From an uncultured Planctomycetia bacterium (GTDB lineage: Bacteria; Omnitrophota; Gorgyraeia; 2-02-FULL-51-18), in contig CAYSKO010000012.1 of the NCBI GenBank assembly GCA_964431835.1, positions 1 to 54,143 of the forward strand: a DNA stretch of 54,143 nt, written 5' to 3'. A program made the translations under genes and the position numbers. How positions within the stretch are numbered: position 1 is the stretch's first letter; every line of letters begins with the position of its first letter. Positions 18,330 to 28,598 of this stretch are shown here, piece by piece. The notes under the pieces are model-generated. The model was not told where the DNA came from, searched no databases, and saw nothing but the letters and a program-made list of their open reading frames with translations.

Positions 18330-20651
18330 TTAAAAGCCTTGGCTGATATTGAAGTAAAACCGGAGTTCCTTGTCTTCTTCCTCGATATCGTCGAGCGGAT
18401 AGCCGGCGTCGAGCTTCACCGGACCGATCGGAGTCTTGATACGCACACCGATGCCGACGCCGGAGAAAACCCCGCCGGTGCCGAAATCCTCGATCGTGTC
18501 ATACGCGTTGCCGGTATCGAAAAATACTGCACCCTTGATCAGATTCGGGACGATCGGGAACGTCTCTTCGAGGTTAGCCACCCAGAAGGATTCACCGCCG
18601 ATGGGATCGCGATTGCCGGGATCGCGGGGTCCGATGCGACGTTCGCGGTAGCCGCGAACCGTGTTCGCGCCGCCGACGTAGTAGCGTTCGTAGATCGGCA
18701 CGCGGATCGAGTCGTCGTAGGAATCCGCTACGCCCGCGCGGGCCTTGACCTCAAGCACGTTCGAGTCGAAATGCTTGAAGTAGGTGCTTGCGACGCCGTC
18801 GAGTTTCCAGAAGTCGCGGTCTCCGCCGAGTGCACCGCCAGCCAATTCGCCGGTGCCGGAAACCAGGTAACCCTTGGTCGGGTTATAGACGTTGTCCCGT
18901 TCGTCGTGCGTGAGCGTCAGCGCGATGCTCGAGGTGACGTTCGTTCCCTCTTCCGAGCGAAGGATCGAGGAAGCATCGGCCGGCACGTCGGAGATCTCGA
19001 CCTCTTCGAGCTTGTACATGAGGAGGCCCTTGTCGAATTCCGTGAATTCCTTGCCGAGACGGATGTCGCCGCCGGTCTTCTTCTGATCGAAGAAGTAGCC
19101 CGCGTTGCCCGAGCGGTCAAACTCGCGGCGGTAAAGATCGAAGCCGAGCGAGTACGGGTGGCCGAACGCCCACGGCTCGGTGAAGCTGAGCTCGTAGTTC
19201 TGGCGGACGCTGCCCATTTCCACGCGGAGGCCGAGGTCCTGGCCCGCGCCCGTGAACGTCTTCCAGTTCTGCCAGTCGAAGTTCTTTTGGCGCACCTGGG
19301 CGAAGCCGATTACGGAGTCGATCGAGCTGTAGCCGCCGCCGAAGCTGAATTCGCCGGTCTTAGCTTCTTTGACGGAAACCAGGAGGTCGCGGGTGTTCGG
19401 AAGCGAACCTGGCTCGGTGTCGAAACGCACGTCTTCGAAGAATCCGAGGTTGTAGAGGCGCTCCTTGGAACGCTTGAGCTTGGCACCCGAGAAGGATTCG
19501 CCCGGATACGCGCGCAGCTCGCGGCGGATCACGATGTCCTTAGTCTTCGTGTTGCCCTGAACGCGCACTTTATCGACGTACGTGAGTTCGTTCTCGGTGA
19601 TCGCGTAATTGACGTCGACCTTGCCGGTCGCGTCGTTGTACACGGACTCGGAGCGGATCTGTGCGGAGAGGTAACCTTTTTCGAAGTAAAGATCCTGAAT
19701 AGCGGAGACGTCGAGACGTAATCCCTTACGCGAGAAGGGTTTAAGAGTCTTCATGAGGATGGTCTTCTGGAGCTCGTCATCCTTCACGATCGAATGGCCG
19801 CGGAAAGTGACGGCGCCGACCTCGTATTTCTTGCCTTCCTGAACCATGACCTTGAGAACGATGTCGCCGGCCTGCTTGCCGCCGGTGATGGTTTCGGTCT
19901 CCGTGGTCACTTCGGCGTCGCTGAAACCATGTTCGTCGTAAAGCGCCTTCACGCGCTCGACGTCCTCTTCGACGTCCTCTTCCTTCAAATAGCCCGAACG
20001 GAACCAGCCGAACCAGGACATTTTCTTAGTCTTCATGACCTTCAGGATCTGCCCGGCCTTCAAGTTTTCGTTACCGAACACCTTGATGTCACGGATGCGG
20101 AGCTTCGCGCCCTCGTTCACGAGCACACGGAGAACCGCCTGGTTCGTGTCGGGATTCACGTCGAGCTGGCTGTCGATCACGGCCTCCGAGAAACCTTTCT
20201 TCTCGTAAAGGCGTTTGACCGCGTCCACGTCGTCGCGGACGCGCTTCTGGTCGACGAAATCGCCGATGACCGACTGCATTTCCTTCTTAATTGGATCTTT
20301 GCCGATCTTGGTGTTGCCTTCGATGCGAATTTCGGAGAGGACCGGCTTTTCGACGACGAGGAACGTCACTTTGACGCCGTCTTCCAAATCGTCCTGCTCG
20401 ATCCGGACGTCCGTAAAGAAACCCAAACCATAGAGGCGCTTAAGGTCCTCATTGAGAACCACGGAGGAAACGGGTTGGCCGACCTGGGTTTTCACCTTGG
20501 CCAGGATGGTGAGGCTGGAAACGGTTTTGTTGCCCTTTACGTCGACCGCTTTGGCGGTCTTTCCTCCTTCATCGGCGAAAACGGACGAAGCGGCGGAAAT
20601 CGAGCAGGCGGCCAGGAGGAAGAACGAAGCTAGAATTCGATTCAGTTTCAT
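18330..20651 (-). CDS. bamA: Outer membrane protein assembly factor BamA
   Basis: Signal peptide, POTRA repeats, GNTKTKD.VIRRE, GG.NTVRGY, TPIGPV, terminal Phe. Confidence 0.96.
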   Translation of the reverse strand: MKLNRILASFFLLAACSISAASSVFADEGGKTAKAVDVKGNKTVSSLTILAKVKTQVGQPVSSVVLNEDLKRLYGLGFFTDVRIEQDDLEDGVKVTFLVVEKPVLSEIRIEGNTKIGKDPIKKEMQSVIGDFVDQKRVRDDVDAVKRLYEKKGFSEAVIDSQLDVNPDTNQAVLRVLVNEGAKLRIRDIKVFGNENLKAGQILKVMKTKKMSWFGWFRSGYLKEEDVEEDVERVKALYDEHGFSDAEVTTETETITGGKQAGDIVLKVMVQEGKKYEVGAVTFRGHSIVKDDELQKTILMKTLKPFSRKGLRLDVSAIQDLYFEKGYLSAQIRSESVYNDATGKVDVNYAITENELTYVDKVRVQGNTKTKDIVIRRELRAYPGESFSGAKLKRSKERLYNLGFFEDVRFDTEPGSLPNTRDLLVSVKEAKTGEFSFGGGYSSIDSVIGFAQVRQKNFDWQNWKTFTGAGQDLGLRVEMGSVRQNYELSFTEPWAFGHPYSLGFDLYRREFDRSGNAGYFFDQKKTGGDIRLGKEFTEFDKGLLMYKLEEVEISDVPADASSILRSEEGTNVTSSIALTLTHDERDNVYNPTKGYLVSGTGELAGGALGGDRDFWKLDGVASTYFKHFDSNVLEVKARAGVADSYDDSIRVPIYERYYVGGANTVRGYRERRIGPRDPGNRDPIGGESFWVANLEETFPIVPNLIKGAVFFDTGNAYDTIEDFGTGGVFSGVGIGVRIKTPIGPVKLDAGYPLDDIEEEDKELRFYFNISQGF

Positions 20652-20735
20652 AGGTATCCGTTGTAAGAGAAGCTTGATTTTAGAAGGCCTTACTTTAGCA
20701 TAACCCGATTCGAGAAGCCAAGCCCAAAAGGGTTG

Positions 20736-22091
20736 TTAACCCATCTCCTCGCGCCGCATGAGCTCCGCGTTCTCGAAACGCGTGTACTCATGCAGGAACG
20801 TGAGTTTGAGCGACCCGACCGGGCCGTTACGCTGCTTGGCGATGATGACTTCCGCCTTGCCGCGGTTTTCTTCGGTCGGGTTGTAATACTCTTCGCGCAT
20901 AAGGAGAACGACGACGTCGGCGTCCTGCTCGATCGCGCCGGATTCGCGCAGATCCGAAAGCTGGGGACGATGATCGGTGCGCGATTCGACCGCGCGCGAA
21001 AGCTGGGAAAGCGCAATGACCGGCACGTGAATTTCACGCGCGAGCTCCTTCAGGGAACGGGAAATCTCGGAAATCTCCTGCTGGCGGCTCTCGACGTTGC
21101 CGGAGCCCTGCATAAGCTGGAGGTAGTCGAGCATAAGCACCTTGATGTCGAACTGCGCCTTCAGGCGGCGCGCCTTGGCCTTCAGTTCCAGGATCGAAAT
21201 GCCCGGGGTGTCGTCGATGTAGATCGGCGCTTCGGAAAGCTTCGCGGCGGCGCGCGTCAGGTTCGGCCAGTCGGACTGCGCGAGGAAACCAGTACGAACC
21301 GAGTGCGCGTTCACCTTTGCGCACGAGCAGAGCATTCTTTGGATGAGCTGCTCCTTCGACATTTCTAAACTGAAGATCGCGGTGGGCACTTTGAGCGTCA
21401 TGCCGCAGTGCTCGGCGATGTTGGACATGAGCGCGCTCTTTCCCATCGAGGGGCGCGCGGCGATGATGACGAGGTCGGAAGGCTGGAGGCCGGCGGTCAT
21501 GACGTCGAACTCGTGGAAGCCCGTGCCGATACCGGTGACTTGCCCCTTGCGCTGATAGAGGAGGTCGATCGTTTCGATCTGCTTGCGGACGAGTTCCTTG
21601 AGCGGGACGATGCCGCCGGAGAATTTGCGGCTGGTGATGTCGAAGATGAGTTTTTCGGCGCGGTCGAGGAGGGGCTCGACTTCCTGGGTCGGATCGTAGC
21701 AGTCGGTGACGATCTGCGTGCCGTTCCAGATGAGCTGGCGAAGGATGTACTTCTCCTTCACGATGCGCGCGTAGTAAAGGACGTTCGCGGCGGTCGGCAC
21801 CGAGCTCGTGAGCCATGCGATGTAGCTCGGGCCGCCGACCTCCTCCATCGTGCCGTCCTTATAGAGGACGTCGGTCAGCGTGACGAGATCCACCGCCTTG
21901 TTCGCGTTGAAGAGCTTTACGAGCGCTTCGAAGATCTTCCGGTGTGCATCCTTGTAGAACGCCTCGGCCGTGAGGTTTTCAATCGCGTGCGCCATCGCGT
22001 CCGCCTCGATCAGCATCGAACCCAACACAGCCACTTCCGCCTCGACGTTCTGCGGCGGAAGTTTCTGGATAGGTTCCTGCACGGCGCTCAC
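20736..22091 (-). CDS. dnaB: Replicative DNA helicase (no intein)
   Basis: PPQNVEAE, AARPSMGKS, DYLQLM, LSQLSR, DLRESGAIEQDAD, KQRNGP. Confidence 0.98.
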   Translation of the reverse strand: MSAVQEPIQKLPPQNVEAEVAVLGSMLIEADAMAHAIENLTAEAFYKDAHRKIFEALVKLFNANKAVDLVTLTDVLYKDGTMEEVGGPSYIAWLTSSVPTAANVLYYARIVKEKYILRQLIWNGTQIVTDCYDPTQEVEPLLDRAEKLIFDITSRKFSGGIVPLKELVRKQIETIDLLYQRKGQVTGIGTGFHEFDVMTAGLQPSDLVIIAARPSMGKSALMSNIAEHCGMTLKVPTAIFSLEMSKEQLIQRMLCSCAKVNAHSVRTGFLAQSDWPNLTRAAAKLSEAPIYIDDTPGISILELKAKARRLKAQFDIKVLMLDYLQLMQGSGNVESRQQEISEISRSLKELAREIHVPVIALSQLSRAVESRTDHRPQLSDLRESGAIEQDADVVVLLMREEYYNPTEENRGKAEVIIAKQRNGPVGSLKLTFLHEYTRFENAELMRREEMG

Positions 22092-22543
22092 TTTTTCGCC
22101 GCGACCACGACGCGCACGTTGGCGACGACTTCCGCGTGCAGCTTGAGCGGCACTTTGTATTCGCCGAGCTTTTTAATGGGCTCCTCTAGACGCACGTCGT
22201 GCTTCTCGATCTTTACGCCGCGCGCGGCGAGGGCTTCCTGGATGTTCTGTGCCGTCACCGCGCCGTAAAGCCGGTCGCCTTCGCCGGCCATCACCTCGAC
22301 CACCACGTCGCCCAAGCCCTGCAGGCGATGTGCGGCCTGGCGGGCGGCGGTCAGACGGTCTTCGGCTTCACGCGCCTCGCGCGCTTTCTCCGCCTCGAAA
22401 GCCTTCTTCGCCTGCGGCGTCGCGAGTACGGCTTTTTTCTGTGGAATGAGGCAGTTGTTCGCGTAGCCGGAGGAGACCTTTACGATCTCCCCGCGCTTTC
22501 CGAGCTTCGGGTCTATGCCCGTCAGAACGACTTCGATGTCCAT
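22088..22543 (-). CDS. rplI: 50S ribosomal protein L9
   Basis: LGKRGEIVKVSSGYANN.LIP, LYGAVT, PIKKLGEY.V..KLH.EV. Confidence 0.95.
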   Translation of the reverse strand: MDIEVVLTGIDPKLGKRGEIVKVSSGYANNCLIPQKKAVLATPQAKKAFEAEKAREAREAEDRLTAARQAAHRLQGLGDVVVEVMAGEGDRLYGAVTAQNIQEALAARGVKIEKHDVRLEEPIKKLGEYKVPLKLHAEVVANVRVVVAAKK

Positions 22544-22553
22544 CTATAGCCCT

Positions 22554-22600
22554 CTAAAAAAGCCGAAATCCGAAGGCCGCGCGAGGCGCTTCGGATCCGG
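22554..22600 (-). terminator. Possible intrinsic terminator/attenuator between rpsR and rplI
   Basis: Minus strand ccggatccgaag...cttcggatttcgg followed by cTTTTTT. Confidence 0.45.
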
Positions 22601-22625
22601 TGATGCGGTTTCGACGTTTTTTTCG

Positions 22626-22895
22626 TTACTCCGCGACGAACGGCAGGAGCGCGATCGCCCGGGCGCGCTTGATCTGGCGCACGAGGTACCGCTGGGAGTT
22701 CGCCGACGCGCCCGAGATCCGGCTCGGGATGATCTTGCCGCGCTCGGTCACGAAATAACGCAGACGGTTCACGTCCTTGTAGTCGATGGTCTCAATCTCT
22801 TCCGGCTTGAACTTGCAGACCTTTTTCCGGAGGAACTTCTTTTTGCCGCCCTTGCCCTTGGCGGGCTTCTTTTTCATGCGCTTCTTTTCAAACAT
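22626..22895 (-). CDS. rpsR: 30S ribosomal protein S18
   Basis: IDYKD...[16 protein letters not shown]...QR....IKRAR.IALLPF. Confidence 0.96.
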   Translation of the reverse strand: MFEKKRMKKKPAKGKGGKKKFLRKKVCKFKPEEIETIDYKDVNRLRYFVTERGKIIPSRISGASANSQRYLVRQIKRARAIALLPFVAE

Positions 22896-22922
22896 AGTTC
22901 TCCTCTTCTTCGTTTAAAAAAC

Positions 22923-23381
22923 TTAGAAAGGCGTGTCTTCGCCCTTCACGCCCGCATCGGGCATGTCGTCGAGCTGGATCTCGCCCATCTCGTCCTTCGG
23001 AGCGCCTTGGAAAGCGCCTTCGTCCGCGCTCTTCCCCTGCCCGCCGGCGCCGCCGGGGGAACCGAGGAACTGCACGTTTTGCGCGATCACTTCGAGCGTG
23101 TTGCGCTTCTGGCCTTCCTGCTCCCAGCTGCGCGACTGAAGGCGGCCCTCGACGAACACCGGACGCCCCTTCTTCAGGTACTCGCCGCAGATTTCGGCCA
23201 TGCGGCCCCAGACGATGACCTTCACGAAGCTGGTCTCTTCCTTCTTCTCGCCGGTCTGCAGTTTGAACACGCGGTTCATCGCGATCGTGAAGCTCGCAAC
23301 GGCGGAGCCGCTGGGCACGTACCGGAGTTCCGGGTCGCGCGTCAGATTCCCCATCAAAAGCACTTTGTTCAGGCTCGCCAT
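22923..23381 (-). CDS. ssb: Single-stranded DNA-binding protein
   Basis: NKVLLMGNLTRDPELRY, VEGRLQSRSW, acidic tail ending DTPF. Confidence 0.97.
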   Translation of the reverse strand: MASLNKVLLMGNLTRDPELRYVPSGSAVASFTIAMNRVFKLQTGEKKEETSFVKVIVWGRMAEICGEYLKKGRPVFVEGRLQSRSWEQEGQKRNTLEVIAQNVQFLGSPGGAGGQGKSADEGAFQGAPKDEMGEIQLDDMPDAGVKGEDTPF

Positions 23382-23406
23382 CGCAGGTCCTCCCCGTTCG
23401 TTTTTC

Positions 23407-23697
23407 TTACAGCGCGTCCTTGTTGACGAGAAGGTAGCGCAGGAGCGAGTCGTTGAGCCTCAGCGCCGTCTCGAGCTTCTTCGTCTGATTCGAGTCCATC
23501 TGGAAGTTGACGATGACGTAGTTGCCTTCGTTCTTCTTCTTGATCTTATAGGCGAGCCGGCGCTTGCCCCATTCCTGAAGACCGTCCACGCGTCCGCCGT
23601 TTTTGGTAACGAGATCCTGGAGCTGCGTGACGACGCCCTTCGAAGCGTCGACGTTCAGGTCCGGATTGATGATGAAAACTCCTTCGTAATTCCTCAT
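23407..23697 (-). CDS. rpsF: 30S ribosomal protein S6
   Basis: MRNYE..FIINP, WGKRRLAY.IKK..EG.Y. Confidence 0.97.
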   Translation of the reverse strand: MRNYEGVFIINPDLNVDASKGVVTQLQDLVTKNGGRVDGLQEWGKRRLAYKIKKKNEGNYVIVNFQMDSNQTKKLETALRLNDSLLRYLLVNKDAL

Positions 23698-23716
23698 TCG
23701 CTGTTCGCTCCTTTTT

Positions 23717-24277
23717 TCAATTCGACGACTGCAGGCGGCTGAGTCGGTTCAGAGCCGCCTCGTATCCGTCCCGCGCCCACGCCTCGCACACCGCGACAGC
23801 GTTCGCGCAGATTTTTTCGAAAACCTTCCGTTCCTCGGCCGGGAACGTCTCGAGAACCCATCCCGAGAGTTCTTCCGGCATGCCCTCGGTCCGCACGCCG
23901 ACCCGCAAGCGGGGGAACGTATCGGTGCCGAGCGCCGCGATGATCGATTCGAGCCCATGGTGCCCGCCGGGGCCGCCCGACGCCCGGAGCCTCATTTTGC
24001 CGAGGTCCAGATTCACGTCATCGCAGACGACCAGTACGTCCGCCGGCGCCGCGTTGTGCATCGCAGCGAGTTTCGCCACGCTTTCGCCCGTGACGTTCAC
24101 GAACGTCGAGGGCTTCACGAGCGTCGCGCTCTCCGTCTCTGCCAGAAACGCGCGGAACTTCGGCGTGTCCCGCCAGACGGCTTTTCCGGCCACCCCGTCC
24201 ACGACCTCGAATCCCGCGTTGTGACGCGTGCGGTCGTAGCGCTTGCCGGGGTTGCCGATGCCGACGACGAACTTCAA
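23717..24277 (-). CDS. pth: Peptidyl-tRNA hydrolase
   Basis: VVGIGNPG..Y..TRHNAGF, KPSTFVN.TG, GGHHGL.S, RLRVGV. Start placed at TTG 24277, just after the rplY stop. Confidence 0.93.
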   Translation of the reverse strand: MKFVVGIGNPGKRYDRTRHNAGFEVVDGVAGKAVWRDTPKFRAFLAETESATLVKPSTFVNVTGESVAKLAAMHNAAPADVLVVCDDVNLDLGKMRLRASGGPGGHHGLESIIAALGTDTFPRLRVGVRTEGMPEELSGWVLETFPAEERKVFEKICANAVAVCEAWARDGYEAALNRLSRLQSSN

Positions 24278-24282
24278 GGACG

Positions 24283-24969
24283 TTACTTCTTCTCGTCCTT
24301 GGCCTTCGGCTCTTCCTTCTTCTCGGCGGCTGCGCCTTCTTCTTCCTTCTTCTCGCGCAGGACTTCGATCTCCTTCGGCTCCGCGAGCGGATCGTCGACC
24401 TTCTCCTCGTGCAGCTTGACCTGGAACACGAGAGAGTCCTGATCGTTGAGGATCTTGAACTTGTCGGAAACGTTCAAGTCGCTGACGCGGATCGAGTCGT
24501 TGAGCTTGAGGCCCGAGACGTCGACGGCGATGTGCTTCGGAATGTCCGTGGGGAGACACTGCACCTTGACCTCGCGGAGGATGAACTCGAGGAGTCCGCC
24601 GTCTTGCTTCACGCCGACCGGCTCGCCGACCGCGGTGATTTCGACGTCGACCGTGATCTTCTCGGTGAGCGAGATCTCGTTGAAGTCGATGTGAAGGATG
24701 TTCCGGCGTACGGGATCGTGCTGGATCTCCTTGATGATGACCGCGCGGCCCTTCTTCTTGTCGCCTTCGACCGTGAGGTTGATCAGGATGTTCTCGCCGT
24801 AGTGCGCGTGGATGATGCGGGAGATCTCCCGGTCGACGATCGACACGGAAACGGGCTTGTCGCCGCGATGATACACCGTCGCGGGCACGTGCCCGGAGTT
24901 ACGGAGCTTCTTGGCGGCCTGCTTGCCCCTGGTTTCACGAACCGTCGCTTTCAGCTGGATCTGTTCCAT
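24283..24969 (-). CDS. rplY: 50S ribosomal protein L25/Ctc (long form)
   Basis: R...GK.AAKKLR..G.VPA.VY, Q.DPV...ILHIDF, GVKQ.GG.L, acidic tail. Confidence 0.95.
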   Translation of the reverse strand: MEQIQLKATVRETRGKQAAKKLRNSGHVPATVYHRGDKPVSVSIVDREISRIIHAHYGENILINLTVEGDKKKGRAVIIKEIQHDPVRRNILHIDFNEISLTEKITVDVEITAVGEPVGVKQDGGLLEFILREVKVQCLPTDIPKHIAVDVSGLKLNDSIRVSDLNVSDKFKILNDQDSLVFQVKLHEEKVDDPLAEPKEIEVLREKKEEEGAAAEKKEEPKAKDEKK

Positions 24970-25042
24970 AATTCCCTTCCTTGCGTTGTGGACGCCCGCC
25001 CCGGCCCGACATTCGGACCTTTCCGGACGTCCGTTATAAAAA

Positions 25043-25981
25043 TCAGCCGAAGAGGCTTGAGACGGACTCTTCGTTGTGGATGCGGCGGATCGCCTCGCCG
25101 AGGAGCGGCGCGACCGAGAGCACCTTGAAAACGGGATCGCGCTTCTCCGGCGCGAGCGGGATCGAATCGGTGACGATGAATTCCTCGATCGGCGCCGAGC
25201 GGATGCGTTCGAGCGCGGGGCCGGAGAGAATCGGATGCGACACGGCCGCGTAAATCTTCAGCGCGCCGGCTTTTTTCAGCGCGTGGGCGGCCTCGCACAT
25301 GGAGCTCGCGGTCGCGACGAGGTCGTCCACGATCACGACGTTCTTGCCCTTCACTTCGCCGAGGATACTCATGACTTCAGTCTTCTTATCGTCCATGCGG
25401 CGCTTGTCGACGACGGCGAAGTTCTCGCCCAGGCGCTTGGCGTAGCCGCGCGCCATCTTGATGCCGCCGACGTCCGGCGAAGCCACGACGAGGTTCCTCA
25501 CCTTCTTCTTTTTGAAGTATTCGACGACGACGTTGACCGCGAAGAGATGGTCGAGCGGGATATCGAAGAAACCCTGGATCTGCCCGGCGTGGAGGTCCAT
25601 CGTGAGGATCCGGTCTGAGCCGGCGGTGGTCAGAAGGTTCGCAACAAGCTTCGCGGTGATTGGGACGCGCGGCTGGTCCTTGCGGTCCTGGCGCGCGTAG
25701 CCGAAATACGGGATCACCGGCGTGATGCGCCGGGCCGACGCGCGCTTCAGCGCGTCGATCATGATGAGGAGTTCCATCAGATGATTGTTGGTGGGCGGGC
25801 AGGTCGACTGCACGATGAAAACGTCCGCGCCGCGGACGTCCTCGTTGATCTTCACGCGGATCTCGCCTTCGCTGAACGTGCTGACCATCGCGTCGCCGAG
25901 GGGAATCTTCAAGTACTTCGCGATGTCCTTGGCGAGCGCGGGGCTCGCGTTTCCGCTGAAAATCTTGATCTTGCCGCTCAT
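25043..25981 (-). CDS. prs: Ribose-phosphate pyrophosphokinase
   Basis: FSEGE, PYFGYARQDRK, DLHAGQIQGFFDIP, SPDVGG, VDDLVATA. ATG 25981 overlaps the glmU stop. Confidence 0.97.
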   Translation of the reverse strand: MSGKIKIFSGNASPALAKDIAKYLKIPLGDAMVSTFSEGEIRVKINEDVRGADVFIVQSTCPPTNNHLMELLIMIDALKRASARRITPVIPYFGYARQDRKDQPRVPITAKLVANLLTTAGSDRILTMDLHAGQIQGFFDIPLDHLFAVNVVVEYFKKKKVRNLVVASPDVGGIKMARGYAKRLGENFAVVDKRRMDDKKTEVMSILGEVKGKNVVIVDDLVATASSMCEAAHALKKAGALKIYAAVSHPILSGPALERIRSAPIEEFIVTDSIPLAPEKRDPVFKVLSVAPLLGEAIRRIHNEESVSSLFG

Positions 25982-27246
25982 CGTTTTCCTTTTTGCGTCT
26001 TTAAGGGGGTCGCCGGCACGCCGGCCACCGTCTCCCCGTCCCGAACGTTCTTTCCCTTCGTGACCACCGCGCCCGCTGCCGTGACCGCGTTCCTTCCGAT
26101 CGTCACCGGCGCGATCAGCACCGTTCCGCTGCCGAGTCGGGCGCCGTCGCGGATTCTCGTCACGTGCTTGTTCTTTCCGTCGTAGTTCGCCGTGATGGTG
26201 CCAGCGCCCACGTTCACCCCGGTGCCGATCTCGGCGTCCCCGAGGTAGCTCAAATGTTTGGCCGCCGAACCCGCGCCCACCTTCGAGCGCACGACCTCGA
26301 CGAAGTTGCCGATCGTGGCGCCGTCTCCGATCCGCGAACCGCCTCGGATGCGGGCGAACGGGCCGATCGAACAGTTCTTTCCGATCGTCGAACCCTGCTC
26401 GATCGACGTGAACGGCTCGATCACCGTCCCTTCGCCGATCGCGACGTCCGCGTCGATCGCGACGGTCTCGGGGCGCCGGATCCGAACGCCGCGGTCCATC
26501 CAGCTGCGGCAGATCCTCGCTTGCAGGATCGATTCGAGCCGGGCCAAGTCCGCGAGCGTATTCACGCCGGCCGTCTCGTCGAAATCTTCGGTCACGACCG
26601 CCTCGATCCGCCCTTCCCGGGCAAGGATGCCGACGGCGTCCGTCAGGTAATATTCTTTTTTCTCGGGGCTCTTCCCGACTTTCTTCAGCGCCGCAAAAAA
26701 TTTGGGTCCGTCGAACACGTAAGCCCCGACGTTGACCTCCTCGATACGGCGCTGGGCGTCCGTCGCTTCGAGTTCTTCGACGATCGCTTCCACCGATCCT
26801 GAGCCGCCGCGAACGACGCGGCCATAGCCCTTCGGATCCGGACGCCGCACCGAAAGGAGCGTGCCGTCCGCGTTCGATTCGCGGTTCGTGGCGAGGAGCC
26901 GCGCGAGGGTCTCGGGCGTCAGGAGCGGCGTGTCGCAGTATAGCACCACGACCGGTCCTTTGTGCCCACGAAGCGCGGGTTCTGCCATGAGCGCCGCGTG
27001 TCCCGAGCCGAGCCGGTTCTTCTGCTCGACCACGGCCGCGGCGGCGCCGACCCATTCGCGCACTTCCGCAATTCCGTACCCGGCCACGACGACCGTCTTC
27101 GACGCCTTCAGCGCCTTCGCGCTCCCCAAGAGTGCCCCGACCATCGGCACGCCGCAGATCGGGTGAAGCGCCTTCGGTATCTCCGAGCGCATGCGCGTGC
27201 CCCGGCCCGCGGCCAGAATCACGACGGCAGGCGCCGGGTTCTTCAT
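25978..27246 (-). CDS. glmU: Bifunctional GlcNAc-1-P uridyltransferase / GlcN-1-P acetyltransferase
   Basis: [57 protein letters not shown] 27246 overlaps the clpX stop. Confidence 0.95.
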   Translation of the reverse strand: MKNPAPAVVILAAGRGTRMRSEIPKALHPICGVPMVGALLGSAKALKASKTVVVAGYGIAEVREWVGAAAAVVEQKNRLGSGHAALMAEPALRGHKGPVVVLYCDTPLLTPETLARLLATNRESNADGTLLSVRRPDPKGYGRVVRGGSGSVEAIVEELEATDAQRRIEEVNVGAYVFDGPKFFAALKKVGKSPEKKEYYLTDAVGILAREGRIEAVVTEDFDETAGVNTLADLARLESILQARICRSWMDRGVRIRRPETVAIDADVAIGEGTVIEPFTSIEQGSTIGKNCSIGPFARIRGGSRIGDGATIGNFVEVVRSKVGAGSAAKHLSYLGDAEIGTGVNVGAGTITANYDGKNKHVTRIRDGARLGSGTVLIAPVTIGRNAVTAAGAVVTKGKNVRDGETVAGVPATPLKTQKGKR

Positions 27247-28487
27247 GCGATCTTCTTGTTCGCGCCCCGTTTGTCCACGAGGATCGGCATTTCGCGGTTC
27301 GTGACGGTCGAACCCTCGATCACGCATTCTTTCACGCCTTCAAGAGACGGAAGGTCGTACATCGTGTCCATCATCACGTCTTCCAAGATCGCACGCAGGC
27401 CACGCGCGCCGGTGCTTTTCTTCATCGCTTCCTTCACGATTTCCTTGAGGGCGGCGTCCGTGAACGTGAGTTCGACGCCTTCCATCTCGAAGAATTTCTG
27501 GAACTGCCGCACGAGCGCGTTCTTGGGCTTCACGAGGATTTCGAGCAGGCTCTTTTCGTCGAGCGGGTCGAGCGTGGCCACGATCGGGAATCGGCCGATG
27601 AATTCAGGGATCATGCCGAACGAGATAAGGTCTTCGGTTTCCACATTTTTGACGGGGTTGCCGTCGGCACGCAGGGGCTTTTGCCGGCCGTGGAAGCCGA
27701 TGTCGCGCTTACCCAGACGCCGCTCGATGATGTTGCCGAGCTGGCTGAACGTTCCGCCGCAGATAAAAAGAATGTTGGTCGTGTCGACCTGGACGTACTC
27801 GGCCTGGGGATGCTTGCGGCCGCCCTGGGGCGGGACGTTGGCCTTCGTGCCTTCGAGGATTTTGAGAAGCGCTTGTTGGACGCCTTCGCCCGAGACGTCG
27901 CGCGTGATGGAGACGTTCTCCGAGGTCTTCCCGATCTTGTCGATCTCGTCGATGTAGACGATTCCCATCTGGGCGCGCTGGACGTTGAAATCGGCGTCCT
28001 GGAGAAGGCGGAGGATCACGTTCTCGACGTCTTCGCCGACGTAGCCGGCCTGCGTAAGCGTGGTCGCGTCACAGATCGCGAACGGAACTTTGAGGATGCG
28101 CGCGAGCGTGCGCGCCAGGAGCGTCTTGCCGGAGCCGGTGGGGCCAATCAGGAGGACGTTGGCCTTTTCGAGCTCGACGTCCTTGATGTCGACTTGGGAG
28201 GTGATGCGCTTGTAGTGGTTGTAGACGGAGACGGAGAGCTGACGCTTGGCGGCTTCCTGGCCGATCACGTAGTCGTCGAGCGTCTTTTTGATCTCGGAAG
28301 GCTTCGGGAGGACCTTCATCTCGAGCGGCTCGGCGCCTTTTTTGGGATCGGAGGCGTCGCGCGTCATCACCTGATGACAGAACTTGATGCAGTCCTCGCA
28401 GATGAACACGTCGGGTCCCGAAAAGAGCTTTTCGTCGCCCTTCGAGACCTTATGGCAGAACGAGCATTTTTGAATAGATGACTTCAT
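27243..28487 (-). CDS. clpX: ATP-dependent Clp protease ATP-binding subunit ClpX
   Basis: CSFC...ICEDC zinc finger, [44 protein letters not shown] loop, TGARGLR. Confidence 0.95.
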   Translation of the reverse strand: MKSSIQKCSFCHKVSKGDEKLFSGPDVFICEDCIKFCHQVMTRDASDPKKGAEPLEMKVLPKPSEIKKTLDDYVIGQEAAKRQLSVSVYNHYKRITSQVDIKDVELEKANVLLIGPTGSGKTLLARTLARILKVPFAICDATTLTQAGYVGEDVENVILRLLQDADFNVQRAQMGIVYIDEIDKIGKTSENVSITRDVSGEGVQQALLKILEGTKANVPPQGGRKHPQAEYVQVDTTNILFICGGTFSQLGNIIERRLGKRDIGFHGRQKPLRADGNPVKNVETEDLISFGMIPEFIGRFPIVATLDPLDEKSLLEILVKPKNALVRQFQKFFEMEGVELTFTDAALKEIVKEAMKKSTGARGLRAILEDVMMDTMYDLPSLEGVKECVIEGSTVTNREMPILVDKRGANKKIA

Positions 28488-28521
28488 TATTTCTTCCCGT
28501 CCCAATACGAAGCGTGAAACG

Positions 28522-28592
28522 CTGCCCCGCTTGGATTCGAACCAAGACTCACGCCTCCAAAGGGCGGTGTGCTACCATTACACCACAGGGCA
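28522..28592 (-). tRNA. tRNA-Gln(TTG)
   Basis: TGCCCTGTGGTGTAATGGTAGCACACCGCC-CTTTGGA-GGCG...GGTTCGAATCC..CGGGGCAG; CCA not encoded; typical ispE-tRNA-Gln-prs context. Confidence 0.95.
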
Positions 28593-28598
28593 AAACCC

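Noticed and set aside
20736-22091. Intein in dnaB
   Set aside because: Length is normal and the motifs are contiguous.
23717-27055. Apparent fusions or extensions of pth (280 aa) and prs (670 aa)
   Set aside because: The upstream parts are off-frame read-through of rplY and glmU; there is no evidence of a real fusion or frameshift.
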